The notes beneath the pieces are model-generated. The model ran no database searches and was not told the origin of the DNA. It was given only the letters and a program-made list of their open reading frames with translations. A stretch of 64,000 nucleotides of DNA from the human T2T-CHM13v2.0 reference genome, Homo sapiens. The stretch lies in the NCBI RefSeq assembly GCF_009914755.1, contig NC_060925.1. One strand, given 5' to 3'. The position numbers were made by a program, and so were the translations under genes. Below, one piece after another: positions 14,755 to 30,186 of this stretch (positions within the stretch are counted from its first letter, which is position 1; every line of letters starts with the position of its first letter).

Positions 14755-15225
14755 CTCATGGTAAAATACACGTAACATAAAAGTTAGTGTCTTAAACATA
14801 TTTAAGTGTACAGTACAGCTAAGTACATTCACATTGTCATCCAACCAATTTCCAGAATGCTTTTTGTCTTGTAAAGCTAAAACTCTATACCCATTAAATC
14901 ACAATTCCCCATTATCCCACTCTCTAGCCCCTGGCAACCATCTTTCTTCTTTCTGGCTCTATGGATTTGACTATTCCAGGTGCCTCAGAAAAGTAGAATC
15001 ATACAGTATTTGTCTTTCTGCTCAGCATAATGTCCTCGAGGTTCAGTGATGTTGTAGCATGTGTCAGAAGTTCCATCCTTAAGGCTGAATAGTATTTCAT
15101 CATATGGATAGACTATATTTTGTTTATCCATTCATTCATCAGTGGATACTTGGGTTGCATCTACCTCTTGGCTCTTGTGAATACTGCTGCTCTGAACATG
15201 GCTGTGCAAGTATCTCTTCGAGGGT
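14755..15225 (-). mobile_element. L1M (L1MB-like) 3' fragment, antisense
   Basis: AT-rich CCCCTGGCAACCATC...GAATCATACAGTATTTGTC...TTTATCCATTCATTCATCAGTGGATACTTGGGTTG, typical of reversed L1M 3' ends. Confidence 0.75.
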
Positions 15226-15624
15226 AGCCCCGTTATACAGAGGAGCACAGAGAGACTGCGAAGAGAGATGACCTGCCTAGGGCCCACAGTGAGAATCTGG
15301 CAGAGGAGGGATCCTCACCCCATCTCCCAGATCCCACAGGCACAGCTCCTCTCCCTCACCCACTGCCTCCTTCATGATCTGCCTCCGACTGCACCACGCA
15401 GTGCCCACCTAGGGCTGGACTTGCAGAGACCTCTTGATTCCTGAAAGTTCAGGGACAGGGACTGGCGGGCATAACTTCTCTGTCACCCACTGCAGCCCAT
15501 GTGGCAAAAACACATGACAATGACTTGCTTTCCACTCATTCACCAAATATGGATGAAGCACCTACTATGTGCCAGGCTTGTGCTGGGCACTGGACGAAGA
15601 CCCCTGGGAAATGAAAAGATGTGA

Positions 15625-16023
<399 letters not shown>

Positions 16024-16748
16024 TAGGTGCCAGGCCCTCTCGGGAGGGGAGGAGTAAGCCCCATAGGCCAGTCTCCCCTGACTGAGGAGAGTGAGAGGGA
16101 GGGCAGGAAGGCTGTTTGCCTTCTCACTTACTGAGAATGTATTAGAAATTATGGACTGTTTTCAACTCTCAATTCTGTGAGTTAGGCATTATTATTCCCA
16201 TTGTACAGATGAGGAAACTGAGGCCCAGGGACTTTGTCTTGTCAGGGACGAGACAGTGTTTCGGTGAATACAAGATCTCCATGAAACAAATCATACAATG
16301 AAATAAATGTACTGTGAGAAATACAGTGCAATAGAGTCACAGGAGTAAGTGCTTCTACTACTGACAAACAAGAGGCATGGTGGTGGCCAAGGCTCAGCCT
16401 CAGGGCTTTGCCGCCTACTCGCTGCCTGACTTCCAGCAAGCTACTGACCTCTCTTTGCCTCGTCTGTAAAATGGGGATACTAATAGTACCTATCTCCTAG
16501 GGCTTCAGGGAGGGTTAAGTGAGATAATATAGGCAGAGTGCTAAGAACAGAACCTGACACACAGTAGGTCTTCTATGAGTGTTTGTCATCATTAGTAAGT
16601 GCCTTCTGTGTGCCAGAGACTGAGTCAGGCACTGACTCCCTCAGTCCTCATAGAAACCCTGTAAGGTGGGGGTGTTAGGCTCTTTATACAGCTAGGAAGA
16701 TTGAGGCTCAGAGAAGTGTAGTCACTAGCCCCAAACCTCATGGGGAGT

Positions 16749-16825
16749 CAGTGATGGAAGCCGGGCCTGCACTCAGCAGTGGTGGAGGCGGGGCCTGCAC
16801 TCAGCAGTGATGGAGGCGGGGCCTG
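16749..16825. repeat. 28-bp minisatellite, about 2.8 copies
   Basis: CAGTGATGGA(A/G)GC(C/G)GGGCCTGCACTCAG-like units start at 16749, 16777 and 16805. Confidence 0.9.
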
Positions 16826-17801
16826 AATTCAGGCCTGATCTGGCCACAAACTGCTTCCCTCTCTGGAGGTTTTGAGCCCTGGCTCCCATGGCACAGCCAA
16901 GAATGCTCCAGCCCTGGAGAGGCAGTGGGACCACCAACCCCCTGGGCTGTGACTCTGCACTCAGGAGGCCGGGCTTCAAGCCCAGAGTCTGTCGGCTGGG
17001 TTAGGGATGATCTCTGCTTTGCTTGGGGAAGGGGTTCATAATGGCGTTTTCTGCCCCTGGCACCCAAGGTGAACAACTGCCTCAGTGGGAAGGAAGGGGA
17101 TAGACCCTGTGGGTATGGAGGCCAGCCAGAGCTCCGTCTCAGGGCCGGTTACTTGGGGTGGGCTCCTGTGATACAGTGGGGGCTCCGGCCACCCTGGGTT
17201 CTGAGCTCTTCCCAGTCACTTCCCGGCTGTGTGACCCTAGGCAAGGGGCCTAGTCTCTGAACCTTACTTTCCAGAGGGACTGTAGCACAGTCATAGAGAA
17301 CATGATATCTGGAGCTCCAGTACTATCACCTAGGGTCCATGTCACCCGGGTACAAGTCTGTTAGAGACTCTGTGCCTCAGTTTCTTCATAGTATCTCTTG
17401 TAATTATGGTGAGGGTTAGATGAGCCAACTAACAGAGCCTGGCAGGAAGGAGTTCCCCATTGCTGTAGACTGTCATTGCTGGGTATGTCCTCATCTGTAA
17501 ACTGGGAATGAGAATTTCTGCCTCAAGGCATTTTTTAGAATAATGTTTAGAATAATGGGTTGATAAGCATTCAGCCTTTACCCACCATCTGGGACCCGGC
17601 AAACTCAATGTTAACGGGTCTTCATTTTGCAATTGCATCCTTGTGGTTAACTTTGGAGGCATCAGGTGAAAAAAACACTGGATAGAGAGTCAGACTTGGG
17701 GTCAGGCCTGAGCTTTGTCACTTAATTAACTCACCTTGCTGGGCCTCAGCCTCCTCATCCCTGAAACGGGCGCAGTAACATCCCCCAAAGGCTTCTTGTG
17801 A

Positions 17802-18179
<378 letters not shown>

Positions 18180-18964
18180 TGAGTGCTTAGAGGGCAGGAG
18201 TGGGGCTTCTGCCCAGTTCAAGGGTTAAAAAGGAGAGGAGTGGGGGACCGCCGAGGGGTGGGTGGGGACACTGGGGGTAAGGAGAGGGCAGTGGAGGGTG
18301 TGGGACACCCTGAGATGTGGCAGATGTGGCAGACAAATGAGTATGGGCTTGGGAGTCAGGCCTCAGTTCAAACCCCAGCTCCTGTGCTGTGTAGCTGTGG
18401 TAGGTTCCTTACTTTCCCTAGCCTCAGTTTCCCCACACAGGGATGATCATTCCTACTACCCAGGAATGTTGAGGGTTGGGACAGTGCATTTAAGTACCTG
18501 GCATACAGTAGGCCCTTGATGTCTCTGAATGCTTGTCGTGAGTAGCAGGGGGCCAGGAGCCAGAGGACCCGAGTTCAAATTTGGGTCTGCTGCTGACCTG
18601 CTCTGTGACCTTGGGCAAGGCCCTCCCCACTCCACTCCCATCCCTGTCTGTTTGTGAACTGAGCTCCTTATTCATCCATGTACTTATTCATTCCATCCAC
18701 ATTACTGAGCACCAACTTCCTGCCCAGCCTTCACTGGAATCTACCCCTGAGGAGCTCTGAGTCCAATGAGGGAGGCAAAGACACCCGGGGACACCTCAGT
18801 GTAACTGGGCCTATGAGCAACAGAGGAGAACCCTGAATAATTGGAGAAGTAGATGAGTGACCTGGTTCAGATAATAGCATAGTAATAGCCCTATTTCATG
18901 AGCACCTTCTATGTGCCAGGCACTGTGCAAAGTGCCTTGCACATATTATCTGCTGTAAACCTAA

Positions 18965-19534
<570 letters not shown>

Positions 19535-20665
19535 GATGTTTGTGCTCCGTAGCTTCTAGTCTGGAACTGCTGCTGACCCCTGTGTGACATCACAGGGCCT
19601 CAGTTTCCCTATCTGCAAAATGGGATGATATGGAGGTTCAATGAGATGGTGGCATTTTGAGAATGGTAAAGAAATACACAGGGAGGGGATGATGACTATT
19701 AGTGGACTCTTGTTTTTCCAATAGTTAGTGGTCTTTGGCCAACCTTTGAAGGCAAAATATGATTTGTTGAGGTTTGCAGCAGCTGAAGCCCTCAAAAGCA
19801 TTTTCCACCTTCCCCCAAAGCTGACCTCTGAGAGGAACCTTCCTTGGTGCTCCCTCTGGGCCCCTGATCCTTTGTGAAGGCCAGTCAGGTTTCCCATTCC
19901 TATTGTGTCTTATAGTCCACTTGGTAGATGGCGTGATCCGTCTTTACACAGAGGGAGCCTCATCTCCTCCTGGGCCACATTCCTCCTGCAGCTCCCATCG
20001 CTCCTTGGCCAGGACCCAAAACCTTCTGTGACTGACCCCTGCTGACCTCATTCTCTCTGCTCCTCCAGTTCCAAGCCTAGCCCCCCTGCCCATCTTGCGG
20101 CTCACACTCTTGCCCAAGCTGTTCTCCTCCACCAGGATGCCCTTGGCTCCCTTTTCAGCTTGGCAAATTCGTGCTCACCCTTCAAACCCCTACACAGATG
20201 ACCTCCCTTGGAAAGGTTTTCCTGATGTCGCTGCCTCCTGGAACCAGGTGGTCTTGCCTCTCTGCGCTGCCTTTGGGACCTGTATATTTGTCAGTGTGGC
20301 ATGGCTGCCTGCCTCCCGTTGAAGGGCAGCATCTTGACTTTACTCACCTTGAGATCGCCTGTGCCCAGATGGGCCTTTGGCCTGGCCCAGAATCGGTGGT
20401 CATCAAGGGTGTACAGAACTCACCAGGACCCAGGAACCTGTTGCAGATAAAATCACTCTCCCCCACGTTCCCAACTTTTAGACTCACAGCCCTCTTACTT
20501 CCCAGCATTCAAACTTCTAAATGGCCTGTATGTATTCACAAAGCAGGCAAAAAGCCCCCAGAGGAACACCACCCCCCACCCCTGCCTCTGGAATACATTT
20601 GCTTTGACTTGGAATTGTAGGTGAAATTCATCTTCCTGGCCTACTTCAGTTTGAATCAGTTGGCT

Positions 20666-20958
20666 AGCCAGGTGCGGTGGCTCATGCCTGTAATCTGAGC
20701 ATTTTGGGAGGCTAAAGTGGGTGGATCACTTGAGGCCAGGAGTTGGAGAGCAGCCTGGGCAACATAGCGAAACCCTATCTCTACTAAAACTACAAAAATT
20801 AGCTGGGCGTGGTGGTGCACACCTGTAGTCTCAGCTACTTGGGAGGCTGAGCTGGAGGATAGCTTAAGCACAGGAGATGGAAGTTGCAGTGAGCCGAGAT
20901 CGCACCACTGCACTCCGGCCTGGGTGACAGAGTGAGACCCTGCCTCAAAACAAAACAA
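20666..20958 (+). mobile_element. Alu (J/S) SINE downstream of the BSND stop
   Basis: GCCAGGTGCGGTGGCTCATGCCTGTAATC...GAGTGAGACCCTGCCTCAAAACAAAAC. Confidence 0.93.
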
Positions 20959-21439
20959 TTGGAATTGGATGGCATTTAGTGAGCATCTACTATATGCCAG
21001 ATATTGAGCTGTGATCTCTAGGGGTAAAGAGACATGAACTACTGACACCGTGCTTGCCTTCAGAGGGCTCACAATCTAGTGAGCTTGATTTCTGTGAGTG
21101 CAGAGCAGAAGCTGAGGTGGGAACAGAGAAGTAAAAAATGGACACACCAGAGGCAGAAGAGTGACAGCCTCCCAGCTGTTTGGGGCAGTTGAGTATGGTG
21201 GGGAAATAGCTCAAGCTGTCTTTGCAGCCCCTGAAGACATCACTGTACCCTATTGAACCATCTCAGGGTGATGCTATTGTTACGCTGATCCCTGCAACGC
21301 TTGCCTGTGCCCCAGCCCAGGATCCTGGCAGCTGCAGAGAAAATGGCAGTAACACTACCTCAAACCAGGACCACGCCCTCAGAGCCTGCACCCTGGGCCA
21401 CCTGGGAGTCAGAGACCTTCACCTGGGCTATGGGGTTCT

Positions 21440-21511
21440 GGGTTGAGGCTGGGGTTCCCGGCCTAGGGAAGGGCTTCCGGGTTGAGGCCGGGGGTCCTGG
21501 CCTAGGGAAGG
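21440..21511. repeat. ~39-bp tandem duplication
   Basis: GGTTGAGGC(T/C)GGGG..CC(C/T)GGCCTAGGGAAGG occurs twice. Confidence 0.8.
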
Positions 21512-24056
21512 AGATGCCCCTGTGTGCTGGGTTACAAGGTCATGGCCCTGGGAACACACTTCCTTTTCTTTCTGGGTCATTTCTGCCTCTGCAGTGAAGG
21601 ATGCCACAGGGTACACCCTCTCTGCTGTCATGACTCAGGACAGGAGTTCCTGGTCACAGCTGAGTCTTCGGATGAGGTGAGGGGTAGCATGCTCCTGTGC
21701 TCTGTTGCCTAAGGCAGGGCAGCCTACAACCCACGTTAGAAACAGCGTCAGCACTAAGGGCTAAAATAAAACTACTTTCAACATTTAAAGGGGTCATCTT
21801 CATTCACCTGCAAATTCTTTTCTTTAAAACCACCCCTTCCCTCGGGGCAGGATACGTGAGGCCTTACGCCTGACGGGCACCAGAGGCCCTCTTCCGGAAG
21901 TAAGCCCTCACTGCAGTGGCATGACCGTGGGGTGTGCTGTGTGGTGCTGAATCTCAGGAGTGATTCCCCACACCCCTGAACCACAACCGCAGTGGCTTTA
22001 GACTTAAACAAGAGCCTCTGGTTGCTGGGCCTGCCAGCAGGAAGATGGTAACCCTGTTCTAGAGTTAGCATCTGCAGGGGGCTTGGGGTAGTGGAGTGAG
22101 ATGGTGAGACCCAGGCTTGGTCTCCCTGGCTCTTGCTGCATGATGGGGAGACCACACACCTGATCTGCCCAGGAAGGTCCCGGTTGACACCGACTGCCTC
22201 TGCTAAGTTATTAGGAGGCCCCTTTCACGCTCGAAGATACCTCATTTGGATGATACAATGTTACCTTACCTACTCTGTGACCTTTGACAAGTCTGGTTGC
22301 CTCCGTAGCCCTCAGCTTTCTCATGTGCAAATGACAGATGAAGTGCGCATATCTTGGAATCTTGGAAGTGATGGGGGTGTTTGATGGGACCTATCTTGTC
22401 AATGCCCTGCAGCCAAAGACCACTGGGAGCACACCTCACCTGTGGTTAACAAGCTGGGTTTCTTCTTGCAGTAAGGGGGAATGAACACCACAGCGAACCA
22501 GGGGGAGTCTCTGAAAGAGGTATTAGAAAGGACTTGTTACTGGATTTGGGCCAGTGCTCAGTGGCTTGGCGAGGGTTTAAGAAGCAGGCCTTTGCTCTGA
22601 ACCGGCTGCTGTCAGGAGGCGGGGCTCATTCTATGACTGGGTGTCTTCTTCAACCTTATCTAGGATAAAATAAAATCATAAAACACTGTGCTTCATGCCC
22701 CTGGCCTTGCCAACTTGCAGTCCCCTCTAAGAGCATCAGAGCCTCTGGGGCACCCCCTCTCCACTGGGAGAGGGGCAAGGTGCTGGTGAAGGTCCTGGGG
22801 AGAAGGCTGGGAGGCTCTGAAAGGGTCAGGAGGGGCCTTTTGGGGTGGCAAAGCCTGGGATTCTAGCGTTCAGCTCCAGGCTCCAGGTGTGTGTGCCAGG
22901 GTGAAAATTCCTGCTCTTGGTCACTCTCCTGTCAGGTTGGAGGGACTCTGGAAGTTTCCACCCTCTGGAGAGGGAAAGGCCCTGGAGGGATGGCCCCTGC
23001 CCTTAACTGGAAAGGGTGGGCAAGGGAAGGCAGGGGGCCCAGGGGCAGGGAACCTGGGCTCTGCCGACCGCTCGCCATGACCTTGGGTACATCACAGCCC
23101 TCCCTGGGCTCCTCTATTCTCTGTAAAATTGGGTGAGGGTGGGCAAGATTCCACTTCTGCTCCCAGTCCCTGAGCACTGTGTGCCTGTCACCATGCAAGA
23201 CACCGTCACCCCTATTACCCTATCTAGTCCGTGAAACAGCCCTGGGGGACCGATCTGTCGACCCCACATTGCAAATGTTTGTTATAAATCCCAGGCTCCA
23301 GAATCAGAAAGACCTGGTTTTACCTTCAGCCTCAGCCAGTTCCTTGCTGTGTGGCCTTGGACAAGTCACAGCCCCTCTCAGAGCCTCAATGTCCACATTT
23401 ATGCAGTGGGGAGGATAATACCTCCCTCTTGGGCTTTTGTGGAGAAGAACTGGGTATAATGCCTCAGGCACATTTAGGTGCTTAGACAGTGGTGGTCTTC
23501 TTCCCTCTCTGGGTCTCTTCCCTCATCTATGCATCAGGGAGCCACTGTCCTGCCTATAAATAAAACAATAGGTGAGTGCATTCACCAGGAGGAAGATGCA
23601 TGTAAAAGCTTCTTGCAAGGGGTAAAGAAAGTCTGTGTGCCCAGTGCTGAGAGGCAGGTGAGCCAACAGCAAGTGCAGGGACTAAGGTGTATAAAATGCC
23701 TCCTGTGGGGCAGGAGGGGAGCAGCATGCTGAGTGAGAGAGGCAGCACCCTGGAAGCTTGGAGGAGGAGCAGGATTGCTTGTGCTGTCAGACAGGTGTCA
23801 AACAGGGTTCCAGGCAGCTGCTGAGTGTCAGGTGCTTCCCATAAATCATTTCATTGAATTTAATTTTTCCATCTGCCCTGAGAGATGGGTATTACCAGGG
23901 GAGAAACTGATATTCAAACATAGGTCCTCTGAGCCTGTGCTCTTCCCACGATGCCACCTGGTCCACGTCATAAGACTCAACAATGCACCTGTTGTGCTGT
24001 GCACACTTTTCTTCATTTCATCCTCGCAGCTTGCAAGGTTGGTGTATTGTCCCCAT

Positions 24057-24368
<312 letters not shown>

Positions 24369-27056
24369 GTCCCCATTTTATAGATGAGGAACTGAGGCTC
24401 AGAGAAGCTGAATAATTTGCCCATCCTTGCGGAGAAGAGCTAAATGGAGGAGAGGAGGTAGAGCTGCAGGGCTTTCTGTTCCTGCCAGGAATCATCCAGT
24501 AGCCCCAGGCCATTCTGACCCTAGTGGGACAGGAGAAAAATCAGTATCAATAAGTCAGGCAGCAAGGTTCCACTGAGCATCTCCCTGTGCTAGTGTGGAG
24601 GGAGACACCCCCCTGCAACATCTTCCATGACTGCCTATTGCCCACAAGATAAAATTCAGATTCCTCAGGCTGGCATTTGAGGCCCTTCATGATCTGGCCC
24701 CAACTGCCCCATCCAGCTGAATCATCTGCCATGTGCTCCCGTGCAGCAGCCCCGGCATCCTCACCTTTCCAGCCACCCTGCCTTGGCTCATGCTGTTCCC
24801 TCCACCCAGGTGCCCTTCATCCCCTTCTCTGTCATCCCTCAAACCCTACCTGTTCCCTGGAGCCTGAATTAGCCCTGCTCTCCCCTTCCACGGTGGAATC
24901 CATCTCCACTGCACCCTCTCCTCCGAATCCCTCCTAAACTGTGTGCCCCGCTCTGTCCCCAGCACTTCTGAATGACTAGCTGTGTGAGTACCAGTCTCCC
25001 CACATGGACTGGGAGGTCCTTCAAGGACAGGGGCCTCTTCCCCGCCAATACTTCTATCCCCAGGACTTAGCAAAAGCAAGGAACAGTAGTGCTGGTGGAA
25101 CAGAATTGAACCGAACCGGGTGCCCACTCTGAAGGCTCATGGCCCAGGGGCATGGACTCCTAGCCCAGGGCTGAGGAGCACCAGCTTTGGAGTAAACAGC
25201 GCTGGGTTTGAGACTAGGCTTCCCTACTGGCCAGCTCTGTGACTTTGGCCAGGAGACTTAGCCTCTCTGGCCCTCAATTTCCTTATTAATAAATTGAGGT
25301 TAGTGATATCGACCCAATAGGCATGTTGTGAAGATTGGATGAGATCATGCATATTGAGTGTAGCATGTGCCTAGCACCTGGTGAGCCCCCAGTAAAGTCA
25401 GTTATCATTGTTAGTGTTGCCTGCAGAGATGATGTTACAATGTGTAGACATCAGGTGCCCATGTGCACCTGGGTCGTTCAAGCCTACAAGCACTGTGTCA
25501 TCCAAGCACATGTATAATTCGAGCTTTGTATCGTCAGTGCTTCCAAGTGCCTGTCAATGGACCCAGCTGGGCTGGTGGCATCAGACTCTCCTGGGAAACT
25601 TTAAAAATCTAGTGTCCTAGAACCATCCTCAGAAAAGTCTGGGATGGCCTGGGTTTTGCATAAGCAAGCCTGGTGATTCTTAAGTGCTGAAGGGCTTAGT
25701 TGTTTGTTTTTCTTAAATGAGTTATCAAACATTGGATAGCTGGTAGGCAACCCAGAAGAGGTGGGAGTTGCAAGCCAGGACTTAAAACAGTAGAATGAAG
25801 GAGTGAGGGTATCTCAGGCAGAGGGCATGGCATAGGCAAAGCCTTGGGGGAAGGAAGGAGGAAGAAGGAGACTGTCCTGGCTGGAGTGGTGGAGGACAGG
25901 GTCAGAGAGGGAGGCCGCAGCTTGGCCATGGGGCTTCTTGAATTCCTGCCACGGAGCTCAGATTTGTTCTGATGGGCAAGGGGGATTAATTGATGATTCT
26001 TGAGCAGAGGAGTGACATGAAAGAAACATTCAGGTCATATACTAACAGATACAAAAGGGAAAGGTGGCACGTATTGGTGGCAAGAAGGCTGGTTTGTGCC
26101 CTGCGGCAGGGATTTCATTCTCAACCTGCCCTGTGAAAGGTTTTTTCCACTCATGTCACTGGGTGGATGCCAGGTCAGGACTGAAGCTTGCAGAGCCGGT
26201 GTCCTGGATTCCTCCTTGCTGACCACAAATCCAGCAGAGCAGGGCAGGGAACCCTGTGGCAGAGGCTGTTGCTTCCCGCCAAGACACCAGGGCCCTGGCC
26301 AAGGCAGTGCTCAGTTCACAGATGACCCAGGACAAGGGCAAATGAGGGACCCAGTGACTCAGGAAGTCCCCAGGTCAGAAAATGGGCCCCACTGGTGATT
26401 CTGCAGATAGTCCCTGCACATCCCGGAGAAGAGCAGACACGGTGTGGTGGGTAGGTGGATGAGACCAGGCTTTGGGGATCAGATCAGCAAGCCTGGGGGT
26501 AAGGAGGGCTAGATTTTATCTAGTCATGTGTTCATTCATTTGTTCACTTATTCATTTATTCTAACCACAAACACTATGCACCTGCTTTGTGCCACCCCCT
26601 GTGCTAGGTACTGGGGGAAGAGACATGCATCTGACCCATGCTTGTCTTGGGGGAACCTCTACTACCCCGGGCTAACTGCAGAGTGAACAGTGACAGGTCA
26701 GTGCTGAGCAGAGGGAAGCACGGCGGGGATCTGACCCCACCTGGAGAGTCGGCAGGAGCTTCTCAGAGAGGAACTCCCACCAAGCTATGTCCTGAAGGAT
26801 TCGCTAGGGAAGAGCAGGGAGGGAGAACAGCTTGGGCGAAGCCTCCAGCCCTGAGCCACCCCACCACGTTCCAGGATTGACCTGGGGTAGGTGTGAACTG
26901 AGCTTAGAATAGGAGCGGAGGGTGGCTGGAGAGGACGTGGGTGAGTGAGTGACTGGGGACTGGACCAGGGCGGGCTGTGGATGTTGCCCTGGAGCACATG
27001 GGAGGCCCCAGTGATGGACAAGGACAAAGCTACAGTTTCCATGGAAGGAGGGCTTT

Positions 27057-27181
27057 GCAGTGCTGAGAGCTGCCCAAAGAATGGGTAGGAACATGTCTGA
27101 AAGAGGTTACAGTTCCTAACGGAGAGAGAGAGACAGATGGAGAGAGAGAGACAGAGAGAGAGAACTAGAAATCAGACAGGA
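27057..27181 (+). repeat. Left arm of a ~120-bp inverted repeat (partner 30068-30186)
   Basis: GAGCTGCCCAAAGAATGGGTAGGAACATGTCTGAAAGAGGTTACA...(GA)n...AAATCAGACAGGA is the reverse complement of 30068-30186 with few mismatches outside the GA tract. Confidence 0.9.
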
Positions 27182-27490
27182 AAAGAAAGGGAATTCATCC
27201 ACTGGAAATATCTGTGATCCCACAAAAGAAACAAATGAAAACATGGTTAACCTCAGGGGAATGCAAATTAAAACAAGAAGCTATGTTTCACCCATAACAC
27301 TGGCATCATTTTGTAAAGATGATATAATAAAGATAATAATAGGTGGAGCTGGCAGAATGTGGAGGAACAGAGCTCTTTCTGACGTTGCTGATGTGAATGG
27401 GAGTGGTGGCAGCTTTTCTGTGAGTGCCTTCACAGGGGGCTGCCCCTTGATTCAGCAATTCCACATGTAGGACTTGCTCATTTATTCTAG

Positions 27491-27643
27491 TTTTGTTGTT
27501 GTTGTTGTTGTTTGTTTGTTTGTTGTTTTGAGACAAGGTCTTGCCGTATTGCTTAGGCTGGTCTCAAACTCCTGGATCAAGTGATCCTCTGGCCTCAGCC
27601 TCCTGAGTAGCTGGGATTACAGGAGCACACCACAGTGCCTGGC
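27491..27643 (-). mobile_element. Alu monomer (FLAM-like)
   Basis: (GTT)n tail plus a single Alu arm ending ACCACAGTGCCTGGC. Confidence 0.85.
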
Positions 27644-28062
27644 TTTATCCTGATAATTTACCCTAAGGAAGAAATCAGACAACTGTGCTAGACTATACTT
27701 ACAGAAGGCAGTTTATCATAGCGTTGATGATGGTAGATGAAATGTGGAAAGAATCTCAATGTTCAGCAACAGGAGACTGGCTAAGACATCATGCCACAGC
27801 TATGCAAGGGACAGATACACGGCCATTCAAAACAGTGACCCTCCTGATTGAATCAAATCCCCTATCACCACTCTCACAGCACCACAGATCTCTCTCCTTT
27901 GTAGCATTTATTACCATCATAATTTTACATTTCTTTGTGAATTTCTTTGATGAATTTCTATCTCCTTCATTGGACGCTAAGCTCTGTGAAGGCAAGGACT
28001 CTATTACGTTCATTATTGTGCCCTCAGTGCTTAGTTAAGTTCCTGGAACACAGTATCCTCTC

Positions 28063-28068
28063 AATAAA
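28063..28068 (+). terminator. BSND: Candidate distal BSND polyadenylation signal within an L2 3' end
   Basis: AATAAA in the L2-tail context CCTGGAACACAGTATCCTCTCAATAAATTGTTGTTAAATGAGTGAGTGA. Consistent with my recollection of a long BSND 3'UTR, but more proximal AATAAA hexamers also exist. Confidence 0.35.
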
Positions 28069-28816
28069 TTGTTGTTAAATGAGTGAGTGAGTCTATATAT
28101 TTTGATGTGGACAGATTTTGTAATGTATAATTAAGAGAAAGAGAGCAGATTATAAAACAGCATGCATGCTGTAACAGACATTGTTAATTCCCTCCTTCCT
28201 TGATTTTGTTTGTGAGTGAGGACCACATCCCCACTTTCAGTCAATGAATTGTGATTGGTCCAAAGCCAATCATGACAATCCTTTTCTCTGCTGCTGGAGG
28301 TGGTCCTGAGATCGAGTTCTGGCCAGTAAGACCTAAAGAGAAATCTGTTGGGGGTCACTTTCTGAAGTTTTTGCTTTTATAATAAAAATGCAGAAGTGAC
28401 TGCCTTTGCAGGCATTGAAAACAGATGTAGTGGCTGGAGCTGCAGCAGCTGTCTTGCAGTCATGAGGGAAATTCCAAGAGATTCACAGAGATGCTGGACC
28501 TAACATTGTTGAACCAGTGAACCACGGCCAGCCACCATAGGTAGTCTAGCTAGGAAGAAAAATGAATCTCTGGTTGTTAAATAATTATACATGCAGATTA
28601 ATGCCCTCTCAATAGATACAGAGTATGATCCCATATATATATATATATGTATATCCATATATGCGAATATGAATAGAAAATTAAAGTGATTATATCTGGG
28701 TGGTAGGATTCTCATTGATATTTTTTATTTTATGAAGTTTTTCCAATCAGCATGTAAATAATAACCAGAAAAAGAACTTTTTACATTCAGAAAATAAGCA
28801 ATCATGCTAACTGTAA

Positions 28817-29177
<361 letters not shown>

Positions 29178-29516
29178 TAAGTGAATTTGAAGGAAGCTAG
29201 ATGACCACCTGTGGCCATCCTGGAGCACGGATTCAAGCACCAGTGGGAGGCTGGACTTGACCTACAAAGATTCCCCTCCAAAACAAGTGTGATTCCAACC
29301 TTCTGAGGGAGGCAGGCAGGCATCATAGCCCCAGGGAAATGGATGGAAACCTGAGGCTCTGTGAGGAGAGGTTATGTCCCTCAGTTCCCACAAGGACACA
29401 TCTGTCCTCACGTGGGATTAGGCCCCCAGGCCTCCGCTGGCCAGCCTACCAGGCGGATTCTCAACAGCACCAGGGCTATGACAAGGAGGAAGGGGGAAGC
29501 CTGGTCCTGCAGCCTC

Positions 29517-29579
29517 GGGAAGCCGGGGCAGCTGTGGGAAGCCGGGGCAGCGGCTATGGGAAGCCGGGGCAGCTGGGGG
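29517..29579. repeat. G-rich ~20-bp tandem repeat x3
   Basis: GGGAAGCCGGGGCAGC occurs three times with 3-6 nt spacers. Confidence 0.85.
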
Positions 29580-29771
29580 ATCTGCAGGTGGTGCTGATGT
29601 CCCGTGGCACCTGTATTGGCTATAAATACATATTTTCAGAAAGCTGAGTGGGACCATCTCTTCCCACAACAAATCCAGGTCATCTGCATGAAAATGACCT
29701 TGAGGAAAATTGGAGGAGAGGAAAAAAAAAGTGTCAGCAAAGAAAGAAAGGGAAAATATACTAGGGAAACT

Positions 29772-30020
29772 GTTTTGTTTTGTTTTGTTTGCGACAGAGT
29801 CTTGCTCTGTCACCCAGACTGCAGTGCAGTGGTGCGATCTTAGTTCACTACAATCTGCAGCTTCCGGGTTCAAGCGATTCTCCTGCCTCAGACTCCTAAC
29901 TAGCTGGGACGATGGGTGCATGCCATCATACCTGGCTAATTTTTTTGTATTTTTAGTAGAGATGGGGTTTCACCATGTTGGCCAGGTTGGTCTCGAACTC
30001 CTGACCTCAAGTGATCTACC
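29772..30020 (-). mobile_element. AluS SINE lacking about 50 nt of its 5' end
   Basis: (TTTTG)n tail; the reverse Alu stops abruptly at GACCTCAAGTGATCTACC. Confidence 0.88.
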
Positions 30021-30067
30021 ATATGTATGCATCTAACAACAGAGATTGAAAACACAGGAAGCAAAAA

Positions 30068-30186
30068 TCCTGTCTGATTTTTAGCTTTCTCTCTCTCTTT
30101 TACTGTCTCTCTCTCTCTCTCCATTTAGAAGTGTAACCTCTTTCAGACATGTTCCTGCCCATTCTTTGGGCAGCTCTGAGCATTGC
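30068..30186 (-). repeat. Right arm of the ~120-bp inverted repeat (partner 27057-27181)
   Basis: TCCTGTCTGATTT...(CT)n...TGTAACCTCTTTCAGACATGTTCCTGCCCATTCTTTGGGCAGCTC. Confidence 0.9.

Noticed and set aside
22380-22670. Possible old ERVL-type LTR fragment
   Set aside because: Looks repeat-derived, but I cannot assign family or ends reliably.
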